From positions 3,162,001 to 3,226,000 of the forward strand of contig JBLDXI010000013.1 in NCBI GenBank assembly GCA_047495785.1: 64,000 bases of DNA, given 5' to 3'. Made by a program: the position numbers and the translations under genes. Below are positions 46,301-58,481 of the stretch, in pieces. This DNA is from Lepidodermella squamata. Its lineage: Eukaryota; Animalia; Gastrotricha. The notes below the pieces were generated by a model. It was not told the origin of the DNA. It was given only the letters and a program-made list of their open reading frames with translations, and ran no database searches. Numbering within the stretch: position 1 is the stretch's first letter; every line of letters starts with the position of its first letter.

Positions 46301-46414
46301 AACGTCGTGATGGCCGATTACTGTCGCGATTTTGTAGCCCCTTTCGACGAGGTAGCCGAGAATGACTTTGTTCATGGCTCCGAAGCCCCATAGAGCAACC
46401 TTTTCACCAGGCAT
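43313..46414 (-). CDS. 2,4-diaminopentanoate dehydrogenase / dihydrodipicolinate-reductase-like NAD(P) oxidoreductase (332 aa, 2 exons)
   Basis: Exons 46414-45694 and 43590-43313 total 999 nt; VALWGFGAM, GKDAGEVAG, NTITISEE, LTGTGYQD, C-terminal TCAAPVNRIPGVIAARPGYVT. Confidence 0.85.
43693..44433. mobile_element. Foldback-type non-autonomous DNA transposon A
   Basis: GG...CC termini, perfect 8-bp TSD ATTTAATT, GCGAC subrepeats in left arm and GTCGC in right arm. Confidence 0.75.
44475..45075. mobile_element. Non-autonomous DNA transposon B carrying a CXC-domain coding fragment
   Basis: TIR core AAACACGTCGC..AATT..AAATCTGCAGCACA at both ends; TAATTTAA on both flanks; internal CNCSSGC...CSC...CSSAC...CSNK* on minus strand. 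Confidence 0.7.
45100..45642. mobile_element. Near-perfect foldback element C with central telomeric repeats
   Basis: About 215-bp inverted arms made of CCGACAAC(T/C)GAGAC subrepeats; AATTTTTT on both flanks. Confidence 0.9.
45337..45379 (+). repeat. Interstitial (TTAGGG)5 telomeric tract with degenerate flanks
   Basis: TTAAGGG(TTAGGG)5TTAAGG. Confidence 0.95.
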
Positions 46415-46780
46415 TTTTATTCGAATAATTCTAAGAAAAATTAGGCAGATATTATTACTAAAAAGAGTTTTACATCTAATAATGTCATCTTGGCACACGC
46501 TTTTAAGCATGCATCGTAATCAGAGTTACTTGAGACAGCCGACCTGACTGGGGTCAGAAATGAGTTGAGGAAGGAAGATAAACTGTATGACGTGCTGATA
46601 TCATTTCGATAAGCAAGTTTACCGCCAATTTATTCGAGTTAACCGATGTATCAACAAGCAAACCGAGGTCACTTTTACTTGACGCGCCTTTTCACGAGAT
46701 CGATGAAACATCACGAGTATGAAGTATTACAATGTATAGGAAAAAGCAAAACCTGAGGTAATTCTGAAGACGCTCATTTG

Positions 46781-47946
46781 GCATATCGAGATTTTATTTG
46801 TATAACCATCCGCCTCTCGGCGCTCTAGGCGCGATAACTTATGCCACGTAGATTAGGTTAAAGTAGTCGATAAAATATTCATGTGGAAGTTTTTAGAAAA
46901 ATCTGAAGAATTTACAAAACGGAGTTTATAAAACATATTAAAAACGAGCGTGTGTAGTTAATTGGTGTCAAATGTTATCCAGTTCCTGGGGTCGATTTGG
47001 AGGTTGTAAGCGGGCTTCGGTTGATTTCGAATATGCCACGCTGGGCAGCGTTTTTCAATTTCATGTGCTGTATCGGTAGACGGTGTCAGGGTCGATATGT
47101 GGTCTAGATACTTGGCAGTTACGAGTGAGCTAGCGAGACAGCGTTCGCCGTATCTCTTTAGGGCTTCATCAAACTTGAGGTCGATGCCGGGGACTCCGGC
47201 AAATGCTATGACGTCGATAGGGTGAGTTTCGTGAGGAAGGCTCAAAAGGGCTCTCAGGCAGTAGGCTTGCAGGTCCACCAGGCGGCTCAAGGATGAAGGG
47301 CTCAGGCAGGACCAGGCAGGCGCACCGTAAAGTAGGATCGGCTCCAAAAGAGTCTGGTAAAACAAAACACAAACCCTTTTGGGTAACAACTTAGTTTTTA
47401 AAGTCCCATACAGAGACCCGACGCGTTGTCGGATCTTTGACGCGATTACGTCGATGTGATGCGACCAGGACAATTGTGGGGTCAGATGCAGGCCCAGGTA
47501 CCGCACCTGGTTGACTTGAGGGATGGCTTGGCCATACAGCTCGAGATGGATTGAGGGAGGTGTATTTCCGTAGTGGCCGAAGATGATAGCCTCGCATTTT
47601 TGCGGGTTCAGCATTAGCCGCCATCGTTTACACCACCTTTCGGTGGCACTGAGCCTTTTTTGCAGGCGCTTGACACAGACATTGTAGTTGTCGCCATATG
47701 CCCAGTTGATGGCGTCGTCGGCGTAAGTGCCTTTGGCGACACGACGTGCTCCGTCATCGGGGTTACAGCTTTTGGGCTGCATGTCGTTGGCATAAAAAAT
47801 GAAAAGAAGCGGTGACAAGGGCGAGCCTTGCGGCACGCCGCAATAGATGTTCCTCGTTGCAGATAGCTCGCTTCCCACTCGGACTTGAAATGATCGGCCC
47901 CGCAGGAAGTCAGAGACCCACCTTACTATTGGCACCGGTACCCCGA
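46781..47946 (-). mobile_element. 5'-truncated LINE (RT C-terminal half + 3' UTR)
   Basis: ORF 46958-47935 with GVPQGSPLSPLLF, YADD, RYLG; 17-bp TSD CTGAAGACGCTCATTTG at 46764-46780 and 47947-47963. Confidence 0.93.
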
Positions 47947-49863
47947 CTGAAGACGCTCATTTGTGAGGAGAGGGTAAAAATGAGGAATCAATCAAACGTT
48001 TGACAGAAAATGCCTATATATTGGAGCCGTGACTACGATTGCCCCATTCATAGATACCCTAATAGTACTCTTTGTTAGCATTATAAAACAATGCCCTCGT
48101 TATTATAATAACAATTATAGTCAAGTTCGTCATCGTTTCATGTATTATTATTGTTCCATTTTAATGCAACGCCTGCATAAACTCATCGTCCGGTTCCAGG
48201 TATAATGGTAAGCTTTTCATCGTATTCGTGCTATTCCGGCAAACAAAATTACAAAAGTTACAATAATCTGGTCAAAACCGAAAAATTCCGAAATTTTGAA
48301 TTCAGCCGTAATACCCGGCCACGTGGTCAAAAAACCTCATTCATAATGCCATTTACGCTGGAGAAATTACTAATAATCGTATATTGCACGCAGAATGAAT
48401 GAAAATCAGGCCATTGCGGCCAATATTAATTGTAAACTTAAATTAATTATTTTTGCCTGAAATAATAATGATTCTAGCGTAAGTATATCAGCTAGATAAT
48501 CGGCATATTGCTGAATCTGGTCAAAAGGACACCTTTTACGAGAGAGTTGTGATTAGATTCTCATAATTGCGGTAGTCTTGCGGTAGTCGAGAGGTACTTT
48601 CTCGTAGAAATCCCGAAAAACTACCGGAATATTCGTATTATTCCCGCCTGCGATAGACCGTTCGACATAAAACCACGCGCAAAGTTTCCGCCAAAATGTC
48701 GTTTCGGCCATTTTTCGCGCCATTTATTTTTTATTCTTTATTTACATAAAATTTCATGCGATGATCATCGGCTTCCCTTCTTCCCTACTTCAGCTCATTT
48801 CGAGATAATTTTTTTGCCTTCCTACTCATGACTAAACAAATAACCCAGTAGAAAAGGATAGCCAATTTTTCGTGTCCAAAATTCTCCAAAGGCGCTGTCA
48901 TGAACACGAAAGCGCGAAAAATGTTCGAGGAATGCCCATTCAATGTCGCCATTGTTTAAATTATCTTCATTGGTTAAGCACGACAGGTGGGGCAATGACG
49001 TCGAAAGTTGGAACCAGCGTGGACTGAACTATGAACTCGGCGTGATGATCTCAAAGTCCAGTCTCAAGTGACCTGTGATAAGGACAAGCCGCCTTTTTTC
49101 GTGACCTGACATATGTTATACCGATGGCTCCACTTTCGAGGGCGATGGTTATACTCACGTGGTTTGTCATCGATTCAAACGATAAAGGGAAATGGTAATG
49201 CCATTAGTAATGTCTCGATAAACAACAGTATTAGTCACCAGACATCACGAGTCATTTTTTCAGACTTATCCAGAAAAATTCCCCTTCACTTTCCCTCATT
49301 CAAAAATTCGGAGCTGATAAGACTTGGCGGTAGGTGATATCGTAAAAAAAATGTCCTGCGGTGAGGGTTTGTCCCCTTATCGTTTTTTGGCGCAGCGCCA
49401 AAATCACCCGTAAAAAACGCACTACACAATGGAAAAAGACATATTTTATCACATGAGTTCGTTTTTTCGTGCATGCAAATGAATGAAATATACTTATTGC
49501 GGGAATAATCTCGCCTGCTTCCGCTTCGTTCATTGAGCAATCGCTTTGTTCTGCTATAACGCGTTTCCGCCACAAGAGTATAATTTTTGACGCGTTTATA
49601 GTATCCAGTTACAACTCCAGAGAGATAAGAACGATAGTCCTAAAATAGCGTAAAATCGTAGCTTGAGAAAATATATCTCGACAAGAAACGAGATTAACGT
49701 TTTTTTGCAACGTCACCCCACAGAGTCAGGCGAGGACATTTCTCAAGCCATACACCTGCGCTAATAAATGGAATACTAGTTACAACTTGTGATAACAGAA
49801 CCGCCCTATAAAACGCCAAAATAGTGAAACAGCCCAGCCACACCTTCCATTCATTACTGAAAA

Positions 49864-52482
49864 ATGGCTATCACATTCAGAGAGCTCGGGCTACAAACAA
49901 TGGCTTTCGTCCTCATGCTAATCACCCTACCTTTGATTCTGGGCGAGGCGATACCTGGCCATGATCAATCGACTGGAAAACGGCTTTACAACGGCGACAA
50001 AATTTTACGAATTTTTCCAGCGACGAAAGCTCATATCAGTTATTTGAAAGACGTGCTGAGTGAGCAGGACGTTATCGATAGTTCTGGCTCGGTATTTTTC
50101 GAAATACTAACCGAAATCAGAGGGCCTGGTCACCCTGTCGATATGTACGTTCGATTCGATAAGCTACAAGGCATCGGCGGCTTCCTCGAGACGACGAAAA
50201 TGACGTACAAAGTCATAGTTGACGACGTTCAAAGACTGATCGATCAAGTGGAAACTGGCGACAAATCGAGAAAATTCGCGAAACGAGACCTACCTGTTGG
50301 GGAAGAGCCGAAAGTTGTCGGGAAATTTGTGTCTTATGACAATTTGAAACGTTGGCTGGATGCGCAATGCTCGGCTTATCCGGGCTTGACGTCATGCGGA
50401 TCGCTTGGTTCGACTTATGAAGGCCGGGATTTGCGGTACATTCGCATTGGTCACGCGAAATCACCGACTAATAACGCGGACGAGAAGAGGTCGGTGTTCA
50501 TCGAAGGTGGAGTGCATGCTAGAGAATGGCTTGGCCCGGCAACAATTGTTTGGGTTATTAATAAGGTCAGTATTTATCTTGAAAAATTCCACAGTGTTTA
50601 ATTCCTGTTTATTTCAGATGCTCATAAGCTATCAAACTGATTCTCGAGTAAAGAAACTCCTCGACTCTTTCGAATTTTACTTTGTCCCCTCATTGAATCC
50701 TGATGGTTATGAATACTCAAGATCTAAAGAAAGTGAGTGGAATAATTTATTTAATCAATTTTTACTAATTAATTGATTAATTGATTAAGGACTTTGGCGT
50801 AAAACCCGATCGAATACTACTTCACCTATTTGTTTTGGCGCGGATGGAAATCGGAATTTTGATGTTCGATGGGGTTCGACTGGGAGCGAGTCTAATCCAT
50901 GCTCGAACGTGTACCATGGCGCGACTGCCTTCTCAGAACCGGAGACAAAAGCAATGTCGGATTTTATTATGAGAGATCAACAAAAATGGCTGGCTTTCTT
51001 CTCGATGCACTCCTATTCTCAGTTCTGGCTCGTACCTTACGGCTTCGAACCAGGTGCTAGGCCGAAGGATTTCGAAGAACTGGTAAGTGGCATAATATTT
51101 AAAAAATAGAAAAAAATACTAAAATTCCAATAAATTCAAAATTTAAATTTGAAAATTTGAAAAATTTGAATATTTCAAAATTTTTTAAATATAATGATTA
51201 ATTTATAATCTCATTTATCGTAAAAAATGTAGAAATACCTTTTGAAATTTAAAATTCCAAAAACAATTTTAAAAATTAAATTTTTTTTTAAATCTCAATT
51301 TGTATTCTTAAATATTCTGAATTTTAGATGCGAGTGGCCAACATCGGTGGTAGTGCGTTAATGGCCGAGCATGCTGGTACCCGCCAGTGGGAAATCGGCA
51401 ACACCGTCAACCTAACCTACGCCTGTTCCGGCTCATCAGACGACTGGGCGAAAGCTGTCGTTGGCATGAAATATTCTTACACCTTGGAACTCGCGCCCGG
51501 CTCGAATTCCCTAACTGGTTTCGTCGTAGGCGAGTCCGAAATCGAACCCAGTGGCCGCGAGGTTTTCGCCGGAATTACAGCAGCTGTTGAGGCTATGATA
51601 ATCCCTACCCAAGACAACGAGGCCGATGCTACTGCCTTGATAATGCCAGGCGATATCAACGACTTGTTCGGCGGAAATAGCGCGATTGAGGACGAAGAGT
51701 TCACATTTTCTATCCACGAACTTCAAATTATTCTAAACAAAGTCGCCATGGACGTTCGGGCGTTGAACGACCGCGTCGACGGCGTTGAATCAACGTGCAA
51801 AAGCGACTCGCAACGCCTGAAATCGCGCGCTGATAAACTCGAAAAAGATTTGCCAAGAATTGAGGCGAAATTGCAGTCACTTGACCTAAATAGCGACACT
51901 TTGTGGAAAGCGCTTGCCCAGACAAATTCGAGGCAAATGGCTATTCAAAAGCAGCTGCATGAAGCCCATCTAATCGTTGCTGTCACGCCTCGTTTTAAGC
52001 CCCACGCTGTCTCGAAGGAAAGCCTCCTCGGGGAGACTGTCAAGCTAGGTGAGGTCGATGATACAATAATTGAGGCGATACGAAAATTGGATGCCGAAGA
52101 GGTCACTGAGATCAAACATAGCAAGGCCAAGCCTCGAACTGGAAGCTTGGGTAACTCATCAGAGGAACAAATTCGCGAATATTTGGTCGAAGCAAGGCGA
52201 TTGCGGGCCCAACATCGCCAGGTCCTACTTAGCGCGAGAACTAGGTCAATTACCGAAAAAGCCGGGTTTTGGTTCGAAGCGCAGTTCACAACAGACGAAA
52301 AAGCTGCGAAACGGCTGTTGGAAGCTCACGCCGCCAGGTTGAAAACGCAATACGGCGATTCGTTGAAATATTCGATCAAAAACATGAAATTAACGACTAA
52401 TCATGGCGATTTTTACTACGACACTGTCGTGAGAAAAGTGTTACCTGTAAAAACTACGCAGGCCGCTTTGAACGGTGATTAA
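49864..52482 (+). CDS. M14A procarboxypeptidase (B-type) with a ~290-aa C-terminal extension resembling LINE ORF1p (754 aa, 4 exons)
   Basis: Exons 49864-50565, 50618-50732, 50790-51082, 51328-52482 in frame; HAREW, DGNRNF, HSY, GSSDDW, YTLEL; no stop after the peptidase; coiled coil then an ORF1-like tail. Confidence 0.85.
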
Positions 52483-52706
52483 ATAATTTTTTGTTATACG
52501 CACCACTGATTTTTCGCATCTCTTGTTCGTTATAGTCTGATTTTTGTTAAAACAAAATTGTGTTGATATTGTATGCATTGTCTTTTTTCGTCTAGTTATT
52601 CTGCTTGCAAAGCGAGTTTTTTTTGTAAAATTTGAAACACCTCAAGTAAAAGAGCACAACAGGTAAAAATTTTCTCTCCGTTTTATTCTACCAGCTTTCA
52701 GGACTT

Positions 52707-53206
52707 TCACGCAGACATTTTCGGCGCTGCGATGGCTAGGGTTGCGACGAAAATAGGCGCTGTGGTTGACGTAGTCACCCTAGATGCAAAACTCACGATC
52801 TGTTTTTGCGGATCCTCAGTAGCAGGCGGTGATGCGATTTCAACTATCGAATCGGCTGCGGTTTCCGGCGCCGCTGCTGATTCATCGCTGCCTTGAGCTA
52901 TCCCATTTCCGCCGACAGTTAGATCAGTTTCCGGCGCCGCTGCTGCTGCTACGAGTCGGGTTTCGATGTCAAAATCGCTGCCGACATCACCTGCCGGCGT
53001 TGACGTCACGCCAAGTCCGGACGATGGCAGCATTTCAGCCGTTGTAGTCAGAAATTCTCTCTCATCGGAAGCTTTATCACCTGAAATTGTACGAAAAAGA
53101 ATAGTTTGGCTGATTACCAATCGAAAATATTTACTGCTATCCTACCTGACACCAACGTCCACAGTAGAACTACGACAGCGATGACGTGTTGAATAAAGTA
53201 GGTCAT
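52707..53206 (-). CDS. Small acidic Thr/Ala/Pro-rich secreted protein with GPI-like tail (144 aa, 2 exons)
   Basis: Exons 53206-53146 and 53080-52707; signal peptide; AAAPET repeat; hydrophobic C-terminus. Confidence 0.7.
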
Positions 53207-53763
53207 TATTTTGCGGAAATTTAAACTGAAAAATTGCCACGAGGCCATGCCGCGGATGATGTGGTGTCCGCGGGAAAGATTAAGGTGGATTAAGTTGGAC
53301 GACGGCAGGACACGCGGCTTAGCGTTCATTCATTGTTCCAATCACCTTGCTCCAGTTATTTTTCAAGTCCACGCTGGCTGCGCTGTTAGAGTCAAGTGGG
53401 CGTTAGTGGCGCTAACAAAGTGCTCTGTTTTGACTTACACAGCAAGGTGACACTTCTATTGAAACATTTCAACGTGGGCAGCGAAAAACAACATTATTTT
53501 CGCCTTAACCTCTTAAATTCCTATGCGTGCTGAAAATCGAAACTGCGTGGCTGCGAGAATCAGTACACTTTCGATATTTTTAGTCAATTTATCAACAATT
53601 TGATACAATAAAAGCGAGTGCACACCTGTAGGTGTGGCTTGGTCCAAAAATAAATTCGAGCTCTTTTGCGAAAGATGTGATTTAATATTTCAGTTTTGAC
53701 CGAATTTCGCCGCTGGATTTTCGAGCTCAGTCGCAAACACCGCAAAGAAATTCCTTATTAAAT

Positions 53764-54210
53764 GGTTCTATGCTAATTGTGCAAACGAAAATAGAGCAAC
53801 GAAAATAGAGCAAGGGCTTTCGAGCAAAACGGCAAAAGAGCTAATTTAATAATTATTTCTATCGCGAAAATTGCGCAAAGAAAAAGGAGGAAAACGAAAA
53901 AGGAGCAACGACAATAGGGCAAATTAATTGTTATAAATTCATATAACTTAATATATTTTATTTGATGTTTAACGTCAGCATCTTTACAAACGAGTATTGC
54001 GCAACGAACATAGAGCAAACAAAGTTAGAGCAAAATGACAGAAGAGCAAATTTAATTTTAGCTCTTATTTATTGTAAACAAAACTTGCTCTTCTGCCATT
54101 TTGCTCTTTTGTCGTTGTACTCTAATTTTGTTTAGCTCTTTAATCTTTGCTCTTTAGCCCTTGCTCTATTGTCGTTGCTCAATTTTCGCTTGCGCTATTA
54201 CCATAGAACC
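53764..54210. mobile_element. Foldback element with ~15-bp AGAGCAA subrepeats
   Basis: Termini GGTTCTATG.TAAT / ATTACCATAGAACC; GAGCAA repeats left, TTGCTC repeats right; TSD not clear. Confidence 0.8.
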
Positions 54211-54506
54211 TTAATCTGTAAAAATCTGTAAAAATTATGCTATCGACGAAAATTTTTAGGACCTTTCCAAAGCCAATCAGCTGGGCTAAAATTTCGATTT
54301 TCGTACTTTCGTTTCAAAGCACAAGGTATATAGTGAAATTCACGTTCTAAAATTTTCAAATCGTTCTGGAAGCGAAGCATAAAAAAATAAATCCCTCCAC
54401 ATTTTAACCAAAAAGTGAACAGAAATGAGGTTAAACTGACTAAAACCTTTATTAAGTTCTGTATAACAAATTGAAAATTACAGCAGTACACAGGTATTAT
54501 GCGATT

Positions 54507-55623
54507 TTAGAAAAGAAGACGAGCTGCGATGAGAGCAAAAGCGGCCAAAATCGGTGAAATGTTAGGCCTGGTCGTAGCAAAGCTGACAATAACTGCATCA
54601 TCGTGCACCGAAGGTGGCGTTGCTGTCGTTGTATAGTAATCATCCCAAAGTGCCAAGACGTCGTCAGGTGAGTGAACTTTCACCTCGGACAAATCGAAAT
54701 CAGTCGCTTTCGGAAATTCAGTAAAAATGACCTCACGTTCACCTTTCTCAACTTGAGGAATTGGTGCGGGGTTTTGCGTTATCTCAATCTTTGGCTCAGT
54801 CTTGATTGATGTCGTTTGAATATCCCCACTTGAAATAGTTGATGGGTCCAGAGCGGCGGGTCTCATGATCAGTCCTAATTCTTCGTTGTATTTAGAATTG
54901 TTGATTTCATCAGAGTTTAGATTTTCTTTCAATATAAAAAATTATACAAAAAATGATGGGAAATAACGGAATTTTTTCTACCAACCTGTTGAAGTGTTGA
55001 TAGTTGTTGGATTTTCGGTGGTAATGTTGAACAGAGGCACAGCCGGGAAAGAATCGCTGAGTTCTAAGTCCATTCTAGGTTGCGATTCGATAATTTCCAC
55101 CGACATTGTCGCGATTTGGTCCTTATTATTAGCCGTAGTAGAAGCAGTGGACGATTCTTGAGCTTGGGTAGGCAAGGCATCGAAAAGCTCATGATTTGAT
55201 ACCACGGCCATGGTAACTTCGGAAGCTATTGAATTTGTGCTAAATTTGGTTGTTGTTTCCTCCGCAGGTTTCAACTCATCTTTTGAAACTGGGCTTCCTT
55301 TAATAACAAAATTTAGACATTTCAAGTGGAATTAAGTCTTCTCTACCTTGAGTTGTTTGAGCTGGGACGACCACGGTGACATCGGAGCGCGGGGAGTTGA
55401 AGCCGACGATGGGCCCTTGCGATTTAGGTTGGCCATAAATTGATACGGTAGGTAGCAAAGTCGTGGTTTCAGTCAATTGTTCAATTTCGACTGTTGATGA
55501 TATCGGATCAGCTTTGGCGAATGCTATACAATTTAATAATTCAAATATTTTTTTATAATTTCATTATTATTCAAAAATACCTGACAAAACAACGCAGAGC
55601 AAAATTACAGTTAGGCCGGACAT
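54507..55623 (-). CDS. Mucin-like Ser/Thr/Pro/Glu-rich protein with GPI-like tail (316 aa, 4 exons)
   Basis: Exons 55623-55581, 55523-55347, 55297-54986, 54925-54507 total 951 nt; signal peptide; ends IVSFATTRPNISPILAAFALIAARLLF. Confidence 0.75.
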
Positions 55624-56265
55624 TTACTGGTTTAATTTTGCGAAAATTAAGAATGCGACTGAATGTCTTTCGATGTGATGCGGGCGAAACTTTTAACGAG
55701 AGTGCGCAATTAAAATCGGATAACGTCGAGCGCTCAGACAGCCGCTTTGTTTCGCCCTGTGTGTTACCGCGCGCACGAGTCGTTAAATCCCGGGATTATC
55801 GGTGGGAGATGCGAGAGGCGGTCGAGTTGGCTCATTTCGCTGTAAAATGTCATCGGTTGTCATTTGTCATACACAATAATAATTATTGCGCACAGGTAAT
55901 AATTCAAAATCATCGCTCCATACCGAAAGGAATTGCATTGTTTCCTTCGACGCGAGTGAAAAGGATGAAAAATGGACTTAAATAAGCGGACCTGAATTTC
56001 TAAAATTATTAATCATATAATTTCCCTTTTTAATAATTATTTAAAATATTACTGAATTTTTTCCCCGTTGGCTGATAAATCTGGATGAAGACACTGCCAG
56101 AAGATATCCGTAATACAAACAATACTTAAGCGCTACGGCAACTAGATAAAAATCCAAGAATACTGGCTATTAGTATATTTTTTCGCGGAAAAATGAGATA
56201 AGAAAGGTCAATTGATGCGCGAGTACTTCGTTCATTTGTTCATTTCTGCTCCACTTTTTCACATC

Positions 56266-57826
56266 ATGATTAAGGTATCATTGCTAATTTTAGCCCTGCA
56301 TTTGGCCATCGCAGGTGCTGAGAAAATTTCATACCGTGGTGACGCTGTTTACCGGTTATTCCCTAACGCTGAATACCAGCGGCAATTTCTGAGCGAACTT
56401 GCTCATGTCACTGATTTCGATTTTTGGAGCCATGTAACACGAGATGGCCCTGTCGATATTCGTGTTCCAAGAGAGTCAATGCCTAAAATTCACTCGATTC
56501 TAAATGCGACGCAAATTCCTCATGTTATCGCAGTTCCTGATGTTCAACAGTAATCTTTCGATATTCAGTGCAAAATTTTCCAAAAAATGAACTAAAATTT
56601 CCAGGCTAATTGACCACGAGGAGAAACAATCGGCTGCGGTTCGAAACGCTAGAAGTGCGGATAAATCGAATCGAGCGAAAAATATTGTTGGTCAGTATGC
56701 CAGTTATTCAGACATCACCAACTGGGTCCATCAAATGTGTGTCGAACATTCGGCCCTTGCAACCTGCGGGACTTACGGCAAATCTTACGAGGGCCGTGAT
56801 TTGATTTATATGCGCTTGGGCTTGGCGCCGGTCGGTACGGCAAAAAATGCGATTTTCCTCGAAACTGGAATGCATGCTCGGGAGTGGATTCACGCTGCGA
56901 CTGTAGTGTACATCGTCGACCAGGTTAGGATACATTTATTATTTTTATAGGCATTTCAATTAAAATTTGAATATTAAATGATTAAAAATATAATTAAATT
57001 CAGTAAAAAAATTATGAAGTTATTTATTTTGCCAACAGTTGCTAACAAAGTACGCAACTGACCCAACTGCTAAGCGGATGTTGGATAACTGGAACTTCTA
57101 CGTGACATTCGTCGCCAACCCTGACGGCTACGAATATTCGCGAAACACTGATCGCTTATGGCGGAAAACTCGTAGCAAACAGGCGAAAAATTGCTACGGC
57201 GTTGATCCAAACCGCAATTTTGACGCATATTGGGCTAGTAAGTCCTGCTGATAATTGATAGAGCCAAAAATCTTGATAATTCTTTTTTTCAGCCGTCGGC
57301 AGCAGCAATGACCCGTGCTCTGACACTTTCCATGGCCTATCAGTGTTTTCAGAGCCTGAAACCAAGGCGATTTCAGATTTTGCCCTCTCAATCAAAAGCC
57401 AACTTGCCGCTTATTTTGCTGTTCATTCTTTCTCGCAATACTGGCTAATTCCTTATGGCTACAAGAACAACGCTAAGCCATCAGATTACACTGAATTGGT
57501 AAGTTATCATTTCATTCCGAATGGAATTATTTACTCACATTTTTAATATTCAGAAAAGGGTCGCTGATATTGGTGGCAAAGCTCTTATGGCTGTTAATAA
57601 TAAAAAGTGGGTCATTGGCAATAGCGCCGACGTTTTGTACGCATGTGCCGGTGCCAGCGACGACTGGGCTAAATTGAAAGCTGGTGCCAAATATGTTTAC
57701 ACCCTTGAACTACGCCCGGCTTCCGGAACAGTGAGCGGTTTCATTATACCCGATTCCGACATCATACCGAGCGGGCGAGAAATCTACGCTGGTTTAACTG
57801 CTGCTATTGACGCTATGGCGCCATGA
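56266..57826 (+). CDS. M14A procarboxypeptidase, B-type, multi-exon
   Basis: GMHAREW, NPDGYEYS, DPNRNF, HSF, GASDDW, YTLELRP. Confidence 0.92.
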
Positions 57827-57911
57827 TAAACTGCATTAAAAAATTGTCAATTTTAATTCGAGGAATTATGAAATAAAAATAAATTATATGGAAGTATGAA
57901 TCCGAGGAATT

Positions 57912-58218
57912 CTTGGGTCGTCAACTCATCCGCGGTCAACTCTTCCAGCGACAACTTATCCGAAATCCGAAATAAAAAAATATTTAATTAATTATTTTCA
58001 GTGACATCTCATCCGTTCCGGCTGAGTTGTTGCGCATGAGTCGCCACTAAAATTTAAAAATTAATTATGTTTTAATCATTCTAATTCTCGGATAACTCGG
58101 GCCGGACGGGGTGTCACCGGATGAATTGTCACCGAAAATAATCAATTAAATATTTATTCCATTTCGCATTTTTTAACTGTCGCTGGTCGAGTTGTCGCGG
58201 GCGAGTTGATATTTCACC
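57912..58218. mobile_element. Degenerate foldback element
   Basis: TCAACTC/GACAAC subrepeats mirrored by GAGTTG; flanks GAGGAATT / GAGGAACT (8-bp TSD, 1 mismatch). Confidence 0.65.
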
Positions 58219-58481
58219 GAGGAACTTTATGAAATAAACGCGATAAGCTTTCCGTGCTCTTTACGCGATGATTAATGAAGGGTCATTATTTTTCTGGTTA
58301 TTATCAACTTCTTCCCTTGAGCGACTAAAGTTCCGTTTGCTTATTGATAAAAACGAATTTTGAACCGGCTATCTCTATCCGGTGCTAGATAATTCGCGCC
58401 GCGGTTGTTTTTGCCCTTCTTACACGTTATATAAGGCGCGGAAACCACCGGACTTGGGACTAGTTATTTTCTTCTTTAAAA

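Noticed and set aside
47947-47990. Hammerhead ribozyme at CTGAAGA + small hairpin
   Set aside because: No GAAA core after the stem; the sequence is explained as the LINE TSD.
48000-49800. Short ORFs in the long spacer before the fused carboxypeptidase (also 35350-37300)
   Set aside because: No coding signature or consistent splice structure; probably regulatory DNA or decayed repeats.
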